A stretch of 64,000 nt of DNA from Candidatus Eiseniibacteriota bacterium (GTDB lineage: Bacteria > Eisenbacteria > RBG-16-71-46), in NCBI GenBank assembly GCA_044223005.1, contig JBGAML010000001.1:384001-448000 (forward strand). Reading direction: 5' to 3'. This document shows, one piece after another, positions 48,318 to 57,016 of the stretch. The notes beneath the pieces were generated by a model. The model ran no database searches, was not told the origin of the DNA, and saw nothing but the letters and a program-made list of their open reading frames with translations. Each line of letters begins with the position of its first letter. Position 1 is the first letter of the stretch. The translations under genes were made by a program, and so were the position numbers.

Positions 48318-51029
48318 TCAGCGGCCGGCGAGCAGGGGCGTGACGGCGGCCGGCAGGCCGGGCGGCAGCAGGCCCCAGTCCCGGCAGCGGTCCCACGCCG
48401 CACGCAGCGCGGCACGGTCGACCGTCCCGCCCGCCCTCGCCTCGGCGACCCACAGGCCGCAGTGCGCGGCGGCGCGTTCGGGATGCTCGGGAACGTACGT
48501 CGTGTCGGCGAGCGCCACCGCTTCGGCAAGGAGGGCGCGCGCGTCCTCGACGGACCCGCCGGCGGCGAGTTCGGCGCTGCCGACCTCGAGCAGCGCGTCG
48601 ACCCGGGGACGTGGGCCCCGTGCACCCGCGCGGACGCGCGCGAGATCGGGCAGCAGTGCCGCCACGGTCTCCTGGCGATGACCGGGAGTCGAGCGCAAGG
48701 CCGCCAGCCGCATGCGCAGCACGATCACCTCGGGCGGCGTGCCGCCCGGGGACGCCGCCGCGCGACGCTCGACGCTGGCCCAGTGCTCGGCGGCCTCGCG
48801 CTCGCGGCCCGCGCGCGCGAGCGCGAGGGTCAGCCAGCGTTCGATGTTGCGAGCCGCGTGGCCCTCGGGGCCGATCACGTGGTTCATGATGTCGAGTGCC
48901 GAGAGCAACGAATCCGCGGCCTCGGAGTGCCGGCCCCCGTGCACGAGCGCATACCCGATGCCGGTGAGGTTCCCGGCCACTCCCGTCGTGCGCGGCCCCA
49001 TCACGCGACGGCGGACCGGCAGAATCGCCTTCTCGTCGCGCAGTGCGTCCGCGTACCGCCCGAGGCCGATCCAGGACATGGCGATGTCGTGCCGCGTCTG
49101 CAGCACGTCGGGATGCTCCGGCGGCTCGAGCCGGAGCAGGATCGCGAGGGCGCGCTCGTGGAATCCGACCGCGCGCTCGGGCTTGCCGCGGTCGGCCCAC
49201 CACGAACCGAGATCGTTGAGCACCAGTGCTTCGGCGCGCGAGCCCGCCGGCGAGAGCCGCCGGTAGATCGCCAGGCTCTGCTCGAGCATCTGGCGCTTCT
49301 CGGCCGGTGTGCCGTAGAGGTTGGCGGCGCTGGGCAGGATCGCCGCGAGCCGGTCGTCGTTCGGGCCCCAGACCGCGCGCGCGTCCGCCACAACGGCGCG
49401 CATCGCCGACTCCGCAGCCGGCGCGCCCTCGAGCCGCGAGATGACGACCGCGAGGTCGCGCCGCGGGATGAGTTCGAGGTCGGGGTCGTGCGCGCGCCGC
49501 GCGGCGGCGATGGCGCGTTCGAGCGCCGTGCGCTGCGCGCGCAGCTCGCTGCGCGAGGCGTGGATCGCCGCGAGCGCGCCCCAGAGCCGCGACTGCACTT
49601 CGGGCTGGTCGTCGATCGCCTCGATTTTGGGCTCCGCGAGCCGCAGCACGTCGGACATGCGCAGCGTGTCGCCCCCGGGCACGCGCTTGGGGTCGGGCGT
49701 CTGGAAGAGGTCCACGAGCACGTCGAGCGTGCGCGCGGACTTGGCCTCCTCGGCGAGCGCGCGATCGCGTTCCTCGGCGATGCGCCGGGCCTGGAACGTG
49801 GCCACGATCCCGAACGCGAGGAGCGAGAGCCCGAGCAGGGACGCCGCCACCACGCCCGCGCGATGCCGGCGGACGTACTTGCGCATGCGGACGCCGACCG
49901 ACTCCGGGCGCGCGCGCACCGGCAGGTCGCCGAGCCAGCGCCGCACGTCCTCACCCAGCTGCTCGGCGGACGGATAGCGGCGCTCGGGCTCCTTGCGCAG
50001 CGCCATCATGACGATCGCGTCGAGATCGCCGCGCAGGGCGCCCGGCGCCACCGCGCGCGCATCCGGTTCGCCCGCGGCGGCGCGCGCGGCGAGCGCGGAA
50101 CTCGGCGGCGCGGGCTCCGTCTCGAGCACGCGCCGCTCGGTCTCCGTGCGGGTTCCGCCGGCGCCGCGAAACGGGCGCGCCCCCGAGAGCAGTTCGTAGA
50201 GCAGCACGCCCAGTCCCCACACGTCCGTGGCCGCGGTCACGGGCTCGCCGCGCAGTTGTTCGGGCGCCGCGTACTCGGGCGTGAGCAGCCGGTCGTCCGC
50301 CTGTGTCAGCGCCGCGTCGGTCTCGTCGTGCGCGAGCAGCTTGGCGATCCCGAAATCGAGCAGCACCGGCCGGCCGTCGGCGGTGACGAGGATGTTGGCC
50401 GGCTTGAGGTCGCGGTGCACGACGAGGTTCGCGTGCGCGAAGCGCACCGCGTCGCACACCGGCAGGAACAGCTCGAGCCGCTGCCGCAGCGACAGCCCGC
50501 GGCCACGGCACCACGCGGCGATCGGCTCGCCCTCGACGTACTCCATCGCCAGGTAGGGCTCGCCCGATTCGGTCGTGCCACCGTCCAGCAGGCGCGCGAT
50601 GTTCGGGTGCACGAGCCGCGCGAGCAGCTGGCGCTCGCGACGGAAGCGCGCGAGCAGCTCCGCGGGCCGCCAGCCCGCGCGCACCAGCTTCACCGCGGCG
50701 AGCTGGTGGTACTCGCCCTCGGCCCGCTCGGCGAGCCACACGTCGCCCATGCCGCCTTCGCCGAGCCGGCGCACCAGCCGCCACGGCCCCGCGCGCATGC
50801 CCGCGCCGGCTTCGCTCCCCGCGGTGTCGCCGCCGAGCAGCGAGCGCTCGATCGCGAGGCCCGTGCCGGACTCGTGCGCCGCGAGCAGCTGCTCGACCTC
50901 CGCGCGCAGCTCGGCGCTCCCCGCGCACTCGCGCTCGAGCAGCGCGGCACGTTCGGCCGGCGGCCGTTCGAGCGCGGCGAAGAAGACGTCCTCGAGCCGT
51001 CTCCAGGTGTCGGGATCCATGGGACTCAC
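48318..51029 (-). CDS. Membrane Hanks-type Ser/Thr kinase with extracytoplasmic TPR repeats (alternative start ATG 51020)
   Basis: LGEGGMG.V, AVK, HPNIARL, HRDLKPANIL, DFGIAK, TPEYAAPEQ, DVWGLG, RRY; one TM helix; TPR repeats. Confidence 0.93.
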   Translation of the reverse strand: MSPMDPDTWRRLEDVFFAALERPPAERAALLERECAGSAELRAEVEQLLAAHESGTGLAIERSLLGGDTAGSEAGAGMRAGPWRLVRRLGEGGMGDVWLAERAEGEYHQLAAVKLVRAGWRPAELLARFRRERQLLARLVHPNIARLLDGGTTESGEPYLAMEYVEGEPIAAWCRGRGLSLRQRLELFLPVCDAVRFAHANLVVHRDLKPANILVTADGRPVLLDFGIAKLLAHDETDAALTQADDRLLTPEYAAPEQLRGEPVTAATDVWGLGVLLYELLSGARPFRGAGGTRTETERRVLETEPAPPSSALAARAAAGEPDARAVAPGALRGDLDAIVMMALRKEPERRYPSAEQLGEDVRRWLGDLPVRARPESVGVRMRKYVRRHRAGVVAASLLGLSLLAFGIVATFQARRIAEERDRALAEEAKSARTLDVLVDLFQTPDPKRVPGGDTLRMSDVLRLAEPKIEAIDDQPEVQSRLWGALAAIHASRSELRAQRTALERAIAAARRAHDPDLELIPRRDLAVVISRLEGAPAAESAMRAVVADARAVWGPNDDRLAAILPSAANLYGTPAEKRQMLEQSLAIYRRLSPAGSRAEALVLNDLGSWWADRGKPERAVGFHERALAILLRLEPPEHPDVLQTRHDIAMSWIGLGRYADALRDEKAILPVRRRVMGPRTTGVAGNLTGIGYALVHGGRHSEAADSLLSALDIMNHVIGPEGHAARNIERWLTLALARAGREREAAEHWASVERRAAASPGGTPPEVIVLRMRLAALRSTPGHRQETVAALLPDLARVRAGARGPRPRVDALLEVGSAELAAGGSVEDARALLAEAVALADTTYVPEHPERAAAHCGLWVAEARAGGTVDRAALRAAWDRCRDWGLLPPGLPAAVTPLLAGR

Positions 51030-51037
51030 GCCCTCTC

Positions 51038-51066
51038 TGGCGACGATTCGGGGCCGCAGCGGACGC
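51038..51066 (-). promoter_or_regulatory. Candidate ECF-sigma promoter, copy 1
   Basis: GCGTCCGCT-N7-CGAATCGTCGCCA in the 40-nt gap between the sigma and kinase genes. Confidence 0.5.
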
Positions 51067-51069
51067 GCG

Positions 51070-51654
51070 TCATTCGGGCAGCGTCAGTTCGCGCGCCACC
51101 TCGCGGCGCAGCCAGGCGCGCGCGAGGATCCAGTCGCGCTGCACCGTCTTTTCGGAGACCCCGAGCACGCCGGCGATCTCCTCGACCGAGAGCCCCGAGA
51201 AGAACCGGTGCTCGACCACGATCGCCGCCCGCGGCTCCACCTGCGCGAGGCGCGCGAGCGCGTCCTCGAGCGCGAGCACTTCGTCGGCTTCGGCGTCGCT
51301 GAGGAACGCGTCCTCCGGCACGTCGTCGAGCGGCAGCGCCGTCACGCCCGCGCCACGCTTGGCGCGCTTGCGCCCGCGGGCGTAGTCGACGAGCACCCGG
51401 CGCATCGTGTTCGACGCCGCGGCGAGGAACGCGGCACGGCTGCCGGCCGGCAGGTGGTGCTGCGCGGCCAGGCGCAGGAACGCCTCGTGCACGAGCGCGG
51501 TCGCGCCGAGCGTGTGGCCGTCGCGCTCGTGGCGGAGCCGCTGCCGGGCGAGCTGCCGCAGCTCGTCGTAGAGCAGCCGCACGACGCGCTCGAGCGCGGC
51601 GTCGTCGCCGTCCTGCAGCCGGCGCAGCCAGGCGGTGGGGTCGTCGGGGGCCAT
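51070..51654 (-). CDS. ECF sigma factor of the STK-associated (TIGR02999-like) type
   Basis: LYDELRQLA, HTLGATALVHEAFLRL, MRRVLVDYAR.R...KRG, FFSGLS.EEIA..LGVS..TV.RDW..ARAWL. Confidence 0.92.
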   Translation of the reverse strand: MAPDDPTAWLRRLQDGDDAALERVVRLLYDELRQLARQRLRHERDGHTLGATALVHEAFLRLAAQHHLPAGSRAAFLAAASNTMRRVLVDYARGRKRAKRGAGVTALPLDDVPEDAFLSDAEADEVLALEDALARLAQVEPRAAIVVEHRFFSGLSVEEIAGVLGVSEKTVQRDWILARAWLRREVARELTLPE

Positions 51655-51767
51655 GACATCATGCTACCGATTGCACCGCCCCGGAGGGGAGCGCATCCGA
51701 AGGAAAAGCGGCCCCGGAGGCCGGGACCGTTGCGGATCACGAACCGCAGCCGCTACCCTCCGCCCCC

Positions 51768-52313
51768 ATGAAGATCTACACGCGGACGGGCGACGACGGC
51801 ACCACGGGCCTGCTGGGCGCGGCCCGCGTCCCCAAGCACGACGCCCGGGTCGAGGCCTACGGCACCGTCGACGAGCTGAACGCCGCGCTGGGCGTGGCCG
51901 CGTCACTGGACGCCCAGGGCTGGTTCGCCGGCGAGTTCGCGGCCATTTCGCCCGCCCTGTTCCAGGTCGGGGCCGAGCTCGCGACCACCGACGCGACCCT
52001 GCTGGAGAAACTCGCGCGGGTGGCCGATGACGACGTCACGGCCTTGGAGCACGGCATCGACCGGCTGGACGCCGAGCTGCCGCCGCTCACGCGCTTCGTC
52101 CTTCCCGCGGGCTCACCGCTCGCCGCGCAGCTGCACTTCGCGCGCACGGTGTGCCGGCGCGCGGAACGGCGCGTCACCGCGCTCGCCGCGGATCATGCGG
52201 CGTCGCCACTCGTCGTGAAGTACCTGAACCGACTCGCCGACCTGTTGTTCGTCATGGCGCGCGCCGCGAACCGGCGCGCCGGAGTCGCCGAAGTGACCTG
52301 GCCCGGGCGCTGA
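51768..52313 (+). CDS. ATP:cob(I)alamin adenosyltransferase, PduO type
   Basis: KIYTRTGDDGTTGL, EAYGTVDELN, RTVCRRAER, YLNRLADLLF. Confidence 0.93.
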   Translation: MKIYTRTGDDGTTGLLGAARVPKHDARVEAYGTVDELNAALGVAASLDAQGWFAGEFAAISPALFQVGAELATTDATLLEKLARVADDDVTALEHGIDRLDAELPPLTRFVLPAGSPLAAQLHFARTVCRRAERRVTALAADHAASPLVVKYLNRLADLLFVMARAANRRAGVAEVTWPGR

Positions 52314-52384
52314 CGCCCGGAGCGCGCTCCGATCGGGGCGCGAACGAAGTGTTTCCGGCCCGGATCCCGGGTTCGCTTCGGCCC

Positions 52385-52414
52385 TTTACATCGATCCCGT
52401 GACGTGGGCATAAT
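52385..52414 (+). promoter_or_regulatory. sigma70-type promoter of rho, giving a ~270-nt leader
   Basis: TTTACA, 18 nt spacer, CATAAT. Confidence 0.55.
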
Positions 52415-52690
52415 CCTCGTCGCACTGCGCTTCACGGAGGGAAGCTCGACGCATCGGAGATCGCGAGCGATCGCACCCGATGCCTCCTCCCGCGGTCCCC
52501 GACTCGCCCTCGCCCTGCCCGCCGATGTGGCGCCGGCACGGCGGATGTCCGGCTGAAGAACGGGGACGGTACCCGCGGGCCCGGCAGTCGTCCCGCGCAG
52601 CGAGCACACGTCACGCGAAGAGCCTGATGCTGCTGCGCCAGTTCAACCCCCGGAGCACCGTTCCCAGGGTGCGCGCCGGAAGGAACACCG

Positions 52691-54007
52691 ATGAGACCTC
52701 GCCGTCGCCGTCCGCCGCGCGGCCCGCGCCCGACCGAAACGGGTGCTGCCCCCGAGATGCAGTCCGAAGGAGCCCCCATGGAGTACGAATCGTCGCCCGG
52801 CGAGGGCGGGGATCAGGCCGCCGGAGGCGGTGAAGGAATGAACGAGATGAACGATGGTGGTGGAGCGCCGTCGCCCGGAGGAATGGGCGGCGGGCAGGGC
52901 ATGATGGGCGACGGTCGCCGCAGGCGCCGGCGCCGCGGCCGCGGACCGCGCCCGCAGCAGCAGGGCGGACCGCAGCAGCAGCAACAGCAGCCGATGCAGG
53001 GCGGCTACGGCCAGCAGAACATGAACGGCCGGCGGGGACGCCGCCGGCGCTCGAACGGCGGCGGTGGCGGTGGCGGCGGACGGCCGCAGCGCCGCGGCGG
53101 CCTCGAGATCCTCAAGGACATGCAGCAGCGGGGCGCGGCGCTCGATCCGACCGAGCGGCTGATCCTCGAGCTGCCGCCGGGACAGGGCAACCCGCCCTAC
53201 GGCGACCGCGTCACCGGGCGCGCGATCGACCTGATCGCCCCCATCGGCCGTGGCCAGCGCTGCCTGATCGTGTCGCCGCCCAAGGCCGGCAAGACGCGCA
53301 TCCTGCAGGCGATCGCCGCCTCGGTCGCGCACAACCATCCCGACGTGGCGATCTACGCGCTGCTCGTGGACGAGCGCCCCGAGGAAGTCACCGACTTCCG
53401 GCGCAACACGCCCGCAGAGGTCATCGCCGCGTCGAGCGACATGTCGATCGGCGAGCACATCGAGACCGCCGAGCGCGCGATGGAGACCGTGGCCCAGCAG
53501 GTGATCGAGGGCAAGGACGTGCTGCTCCTGCTCGATTCGATCACGCGCCTCTCGCGGGCGTACAACGCCGCGTCGGGCAACGGCGGCCGCACGATGTCGG
53601 GCGGCCTCGACTCCAACGCGATGCAGGCGCCGCGGCAGATCTTCGGCGCTGCGCGCAAGATCGAGGACGGCGGCTCGCTGACGATCATCGGCACCGCGCT
53701 CGTCGACACCGGCTCGCGCATGGACCAGGTGATCTTCGAGGAGTTCAAGGGCACCGGCAACAGCGAGATCGTGCTGTCGCGCGAACTCGCCGAACGCCGC
53801 ATCTACCCCGCGATCGACATCGCCAAGAGCGGCACGCGCAAGGAGGAGAAGCTGATCGATCCGTCGCTGATCGGCACCTTCCAGGCGCTGCGCCGCATCC
53901 TCGTGCAGATGCCGCCGCAGGAAGCCATGCTCAAGCTGGTCGACCGCCTCGGCCGCACCAAGACCAACGAGGAGTTCTTCCAGCTCGTGCGCGTCGGCGA
54001 GAGCTAG
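52691..54007 (+). CDS. rho: Atypical transcription termination factor Rho: RNA-binding OB-fold absent, low-complexity N-terminus
   Basis: PIGRGQR, SPPKAGKT, DERPEE, LDSITRL, FEEFKGTGN, SGTRKEE intact. No GFGFLR/DIYVS RNA-binding motifs. RBS AAGGA; in-frame upstream stop at 52625. Confidence 0.9.
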   Translation: MRPRRRRPPRGPRPTETGAAPEMQSEGAPMEYESSPGEGGDQAAGGGEGMNEMNDGGGAPSPGGMGGGQGMMGDGRRRRRRRGRGPRPQQQGGPQQQQQQPMQGGYGQQNMNGRRGRRRRSNGGGGGGGGRPQRRGGLEILKDMQQRGAALDPTERLILELPPGQGNPPYGDRVTGRAIDLIAPIGRGQRCLIVSPPKAGKTRILQAIAASVAHNHPDVAIYALLVDERPEEVTDFRRNTPAEVIAASSDMSIGEHIETAERAMETVAQQVIEGKDVLLLLDSITRLSRAYNAASGNGGRTMSGGLDSNAMQAPRQIFGAARKIEDGGSLTIIGTALVDTGSRMDQVIFEEFKGTGNSEIVLSRELAERRIYPAIDIAKSGTRKEEKLIDPSLIGTFQALRRILVQMPPQEAMLKLVDRLGRTKTNEEFFQLVRVGES

Positions 54008-54032
54008 GCGCCGCGCGCAGGACGCGACACGT

Positions 54033-54074
54033 CGACGCCGCCCCGGAGCGATCCGGGGCGGCGTCGTGCGTTCG
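54033..54074 (+). terminator. Terminator after rho
   Basis: CGACGCCGCCCCGGA-GCGA-TCCGGGGCGGCGTCG 15-bp stem. Confidence 0.75.
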
Positions 54075-54301
54075 TGCGTTCGGGGTGCGCGGGTGCCGGC
54101 GGGCCTCGCCCCGTCCACGCCGGCGTCGGGGCGCCAACGGCGTGCGGGGCCACCCGTGCCGATCGCGCATGGGACCACTTCGCTTGGCGCGTGGCATCGC
54201 GCGTGCAGCGTTCGCGTGCACCGGCGACGCGCGGCCTCGCCCCGTGCGCCGTGCCGGCACCGCCCCCGGATCCTTCCACCCCGCTCCGGGAGACCGGTTC
54301 C

Positions 54302-54982
54302 ATGTCCACCTCGCAGCTCGTTTTCCTGGCGGCGTTCGTCGCCGCGATGCTCTCACTCATGGCGTGGCTCGCCGGCGCGACGCCGCGCGCGGTCGTGCTC
54401 GCTCCCGAGCCGCCCGATCCCGCCAACGTCCTCGTCGCGGGCCCGCATCCCGTGCCGCACGAACTCGTCGACCAGGCGCTGCGCATGCCGGCGGTGCAGG
54501 CCGGCATGCGGCAGATGGAGCTCGCGGGCTTCGTGCGCGCGCCCGAGCTCGACGGCGAGTGCGTGACCGCCGGCCGCCCCGGCGCGGCGATCACGTACCG
54601 CGACCCGGCGCACCCGGCCTACACGCCCGCGGTCGTCGTCGTGAGCGAGACGGCGTCCCCGGAGGCGCGCACGTGGGTCGGCGGTGCGGTTTTCGCGGCC
54701 GACCCGGTCACGAACCAGCTGACGATCGTGAGCGGCGTCCTCCCGGGCGACGCGTTCACGATCGACATCGGCGACATGGCCTCGACGCGCCCCGGCAACT
54801 ACGTCGTCGCGTCGGACTTTCGCGACGGGTTCATGAAGTGGCTCAAGTGCAGCGGCGAGGCCTGCGCCGCCTCGTTGGCAGCGTGCAGCATCGTGGGCGC
54901 CCTCACCGGCCCGGGAGTGCCCGCCGTGGTGCTCGGCTGCACGATCGCCGCGTGCGCCACCGGTGCGTGGTTGTGCCTGTAG
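54302..54982 (+). CDS. Exported protein with C-terminal 6-Cys hydrophobic bacteriocin-like domain
   Basis: N-terminal signal/TM; tail FMKWLKCSGEACAASLAACSIVGALTGPGVPAVVLGCTIAACATGAWLCL; RBS GGGAG. Confidence 0.7.
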   Translation: MSTSQLVFLAAFVAAMLSLMAWLAGATPRAVVLAPEPPDPANVLVAGPHPVPHELVDQALRMPAVQAGMRQMELAGFVRAPELDGECVTAGRPGAAITYRDPAHPAYTPAVVVVSETASPEARTWVGGAVFAADPVTNQLTIVSGVLPGDAFTIDIGDMASTRPGNYVVASDFRDGFMKWLKCSGEACAASLAACSIVGALTGPGVPAVVLGCTIAACATGAWLCL

Positions 54983-54992
54983 CGGGGCGCCC

Positions 54993-55259
54993 GTGCACGC
55001 GACGACCGCACCTCGCGACGCCGCGAGCCTGCCCGCGCGCGCCCTCGGCGCGCTGGTGACCGCGACGCCCGCCGCGCTCTACTGGGCGTGGCGCACGCAC
55101 AGTCCCTGGGTGGCGCTGCTGACGTACGTGGTCGGCGCATCGCCCTATCTCTGGTTCCCGTACCGCGTCTCCGCCCCGATCCGCCTGGGCTTCGCCTTCC
55201 TGGTAGGCGGCACCGCGGCAGCGATCGCACTGCTCACCGGTCACGCGCCCCCGCCCTGA
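54993..55259 (+). CDS. Small 3-TM membrane protein (candidate immunity protein)
   Basis: GTG start 11 nt after the previous stop; hydrophobic and Trp/Tyr-rich; followed by a hairpin. Confidence 0.6.
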   Translation: MHATTAPRDAASLPARALGALVTATPAALYWAWRTHSPWVALLTYVVGASPYLWFPYRVSAPIRLGFAFLVGGTAAAIALLTGHAPPP

Positions 55260-55266
55260 CGCACCG

Positions 55267-55300
55267 CACCGCCGCGCCGCCTCCGGGCGGCGCGGCGGTG
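55267..55300. terminator. Hairpin between convergent genes
   Basis: CACCGCCGCGCCGCC-TCCG-GGCGGCGCGGCGGTG. Confidence 0.7.
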
Positions 55301-55314
55301 GTGCGTGCGCGGCG

Positions 55315-56790
55315 TCAGAACTCGAGTTTCGGCGCCTCGTCGGCGGGCGCCGCCCCGCGCGGACGGCGTGGCCCGCGCTTCGGCGCGGCGCGCGCACGCT
55401 CGTCGAGGTACGCCGCGTAGTGCATGACCGCGGGCAGGTGCGGCGTGTCCGCCGCGGGCAGCGCCTCGGCGAAGCACGCGGGCGAAATGCGCCGCTCGCG
55501 CATGGCCTCCAGCGCCCACAGCACCTCGCGCGCCTCGTGCTGGCGTTCGAACTCCAGCCACACGAAGAGCCGCTCGGCGCGCAACCGCTGGAAGTCGAGC
55601 TCGTGCTTGAGGAGCGCGATGCGCGCCGCGACCTGCGCCGGCGAACGCTGCGCGCCCGCCTCCGTGGCGCGCGCCCGCGCCGCACCGCCCAGCGCGGCCA
55701 TGCGCAGGTGCTCCACCGACGGGAACGGAACCGGCGGCGCCTCCGGGGTCTCGCGCACCAGGTCCGGAAGCTCCTCGCCGTTCGCCGCGGCCTCGCTCAC
55801 GCGCACGGCCCGCACGCCCTCTTCGGCGAGCTCGGGCAGCCGCCACGACACGCTCGCCAGCGTCTCGCCCACGAGCCGTGCGAGCGCGCGCGCCCCCGTG
55901 CCCAGGTCGATCGCGCGCCGCGCGATCGCGTGCGCGGCCTCGGCGCCGAACTCGAGCCGCAGTCCGTGCAGCTCGAACTGCCGCCGCCAGCGATCCAGCA
56001 CCGAGCCCTCGACCCCGTCCAGGATGCGCACGAGGTCCGCCTCGCCGAGCGGGTGCAGCGTAGTGACGGTGTCGAAGCGGCCGACCAGCTCCGGAATGAA
56101 ACCGAAACGGATCAGGTCCTCGGGCGCGAGCCGCTCGAGCGCTTCGGCGTCCGGCACCGCGCGCGTCTCGCGCACGCGGGCGCGGAATCCCATGCCGCCG
56201 CGGCGGGCGCGGCGGCGGCGCACCACGTCGGGCAGGCCCGCGAACGCGCCCGAGCACAGGAACAGGATCCGCGAGGTGTCGAGCGTGAACTCGACGTCGC
56301 GGTGGCGGAAGCGCGTGCGCGTGCCGTCGAACAGCGACAGCAGCGCGTTCTGCACGCCCTGCCCCGACACGTCGCGCCCCACGTCCGGCGACAGGCGCAC
56401 CTTGTCGAACTCGTCCACGAACACGATGCCGCGATCGGCGGGCCGGTTCTCGTGCCGCGCGACCTGCATCAGCGCGTAGAGCATGGACTCCACCTGCTCG
56501 CCCACGTAGCCGGCCTCGACGAGCGAGGTCGCGGCGCAGAAGGCCACCGGCACTCCGAGGTAGGCCGCGAGCGTACGCACCATGAGCGTCTTGCCGGAGC
56601 CCGAGGGCCCGATCAGCAGGACGTGCTGCGGCCCGAAATCGTGACCGCCCGCGTCGCGCTGCGCGAGGCCGAGGTAGTGGCGGTAGACCGCGGCGGTGAG
56701 TGCGCGCTGTGCGCGCTCCTGCCCCGCCACGCGTCCGTCGAGATGGCGCATCATCTGCGCAGGTGTGGGAAGTCGGTCGAGGGCGACCAT
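55315..56790 (-). CDS. ClpX-like AAA+ unfoldase paralogue with no zinc-binding domain and a C-terminal extension
   Basis: P......LD..V.GQ..A; GPSGSGKT; EAGYVGE; FVDEFDK; RDVSGQGVQ; MGF loop; PELVGR; GARAL; RBS AAGGAG. Confidence 0.85.
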   Translation of the reverse strand: MVALDRLPTPAQMMRHLDGRVAGQERAQRALTAAVYRHYLGLAQRDAGGHDFGPQHVLLIGPSGSGKTLMVRTLAAYLGVPVAFCAATSLVEAGYVGEQVESMLYALMQVARHENRPADRGIVFVDEFDKVRLSPDVGRDVSGQGVQNALLSLFDGTRTRFRHRDVEFTLDTSRILFLCSGAFAGLPDVVRRRRARRGGMGFRARVRETRAVPDAEALERLAPEDLIRFGFIPELVGRFDTVTTLHPLGEADLVRILDGVEGSVLDRWRRQFELHGLRLEFGAEAAHAIARRAIDLGTGARALARLVGETLASVSWRLPELAEEGVRAVRVSEAAANGEELPDLVRETPEAPPVPFPSVEHLRMAALGGAARARATEAGAQRSPAQVAARIALLKHELDFQRLRAERLFVWLEFERQHEAREVLWALEAMRERRISPACFAEALPAADTPHLPAVMHYAAYLDERARAAPKRGPRRPRGAAPADEAPKLEF

Positions 56791-57016
56791 CGTGGTCTCC
56801 TTCGGCGCACGGCCTGGCTTGTGTGGGAGGTCGCGCAGGGGGATCGCGCGTGCGTCAATTCTCGTGCAGGTCACGCGACGGGCGCCACGAAATTGCGACA
56901 CCGGCGCGCGCGCTGTGGAGAACTCCGCAGCATGCTCGCCGGTGCGTGGTTGCCCGTGTGCGAAACGCGCGGGCACGAAGATTGTTGTCTCTTGACGGCG
57001 CGGAGCGCCGCGTGCG

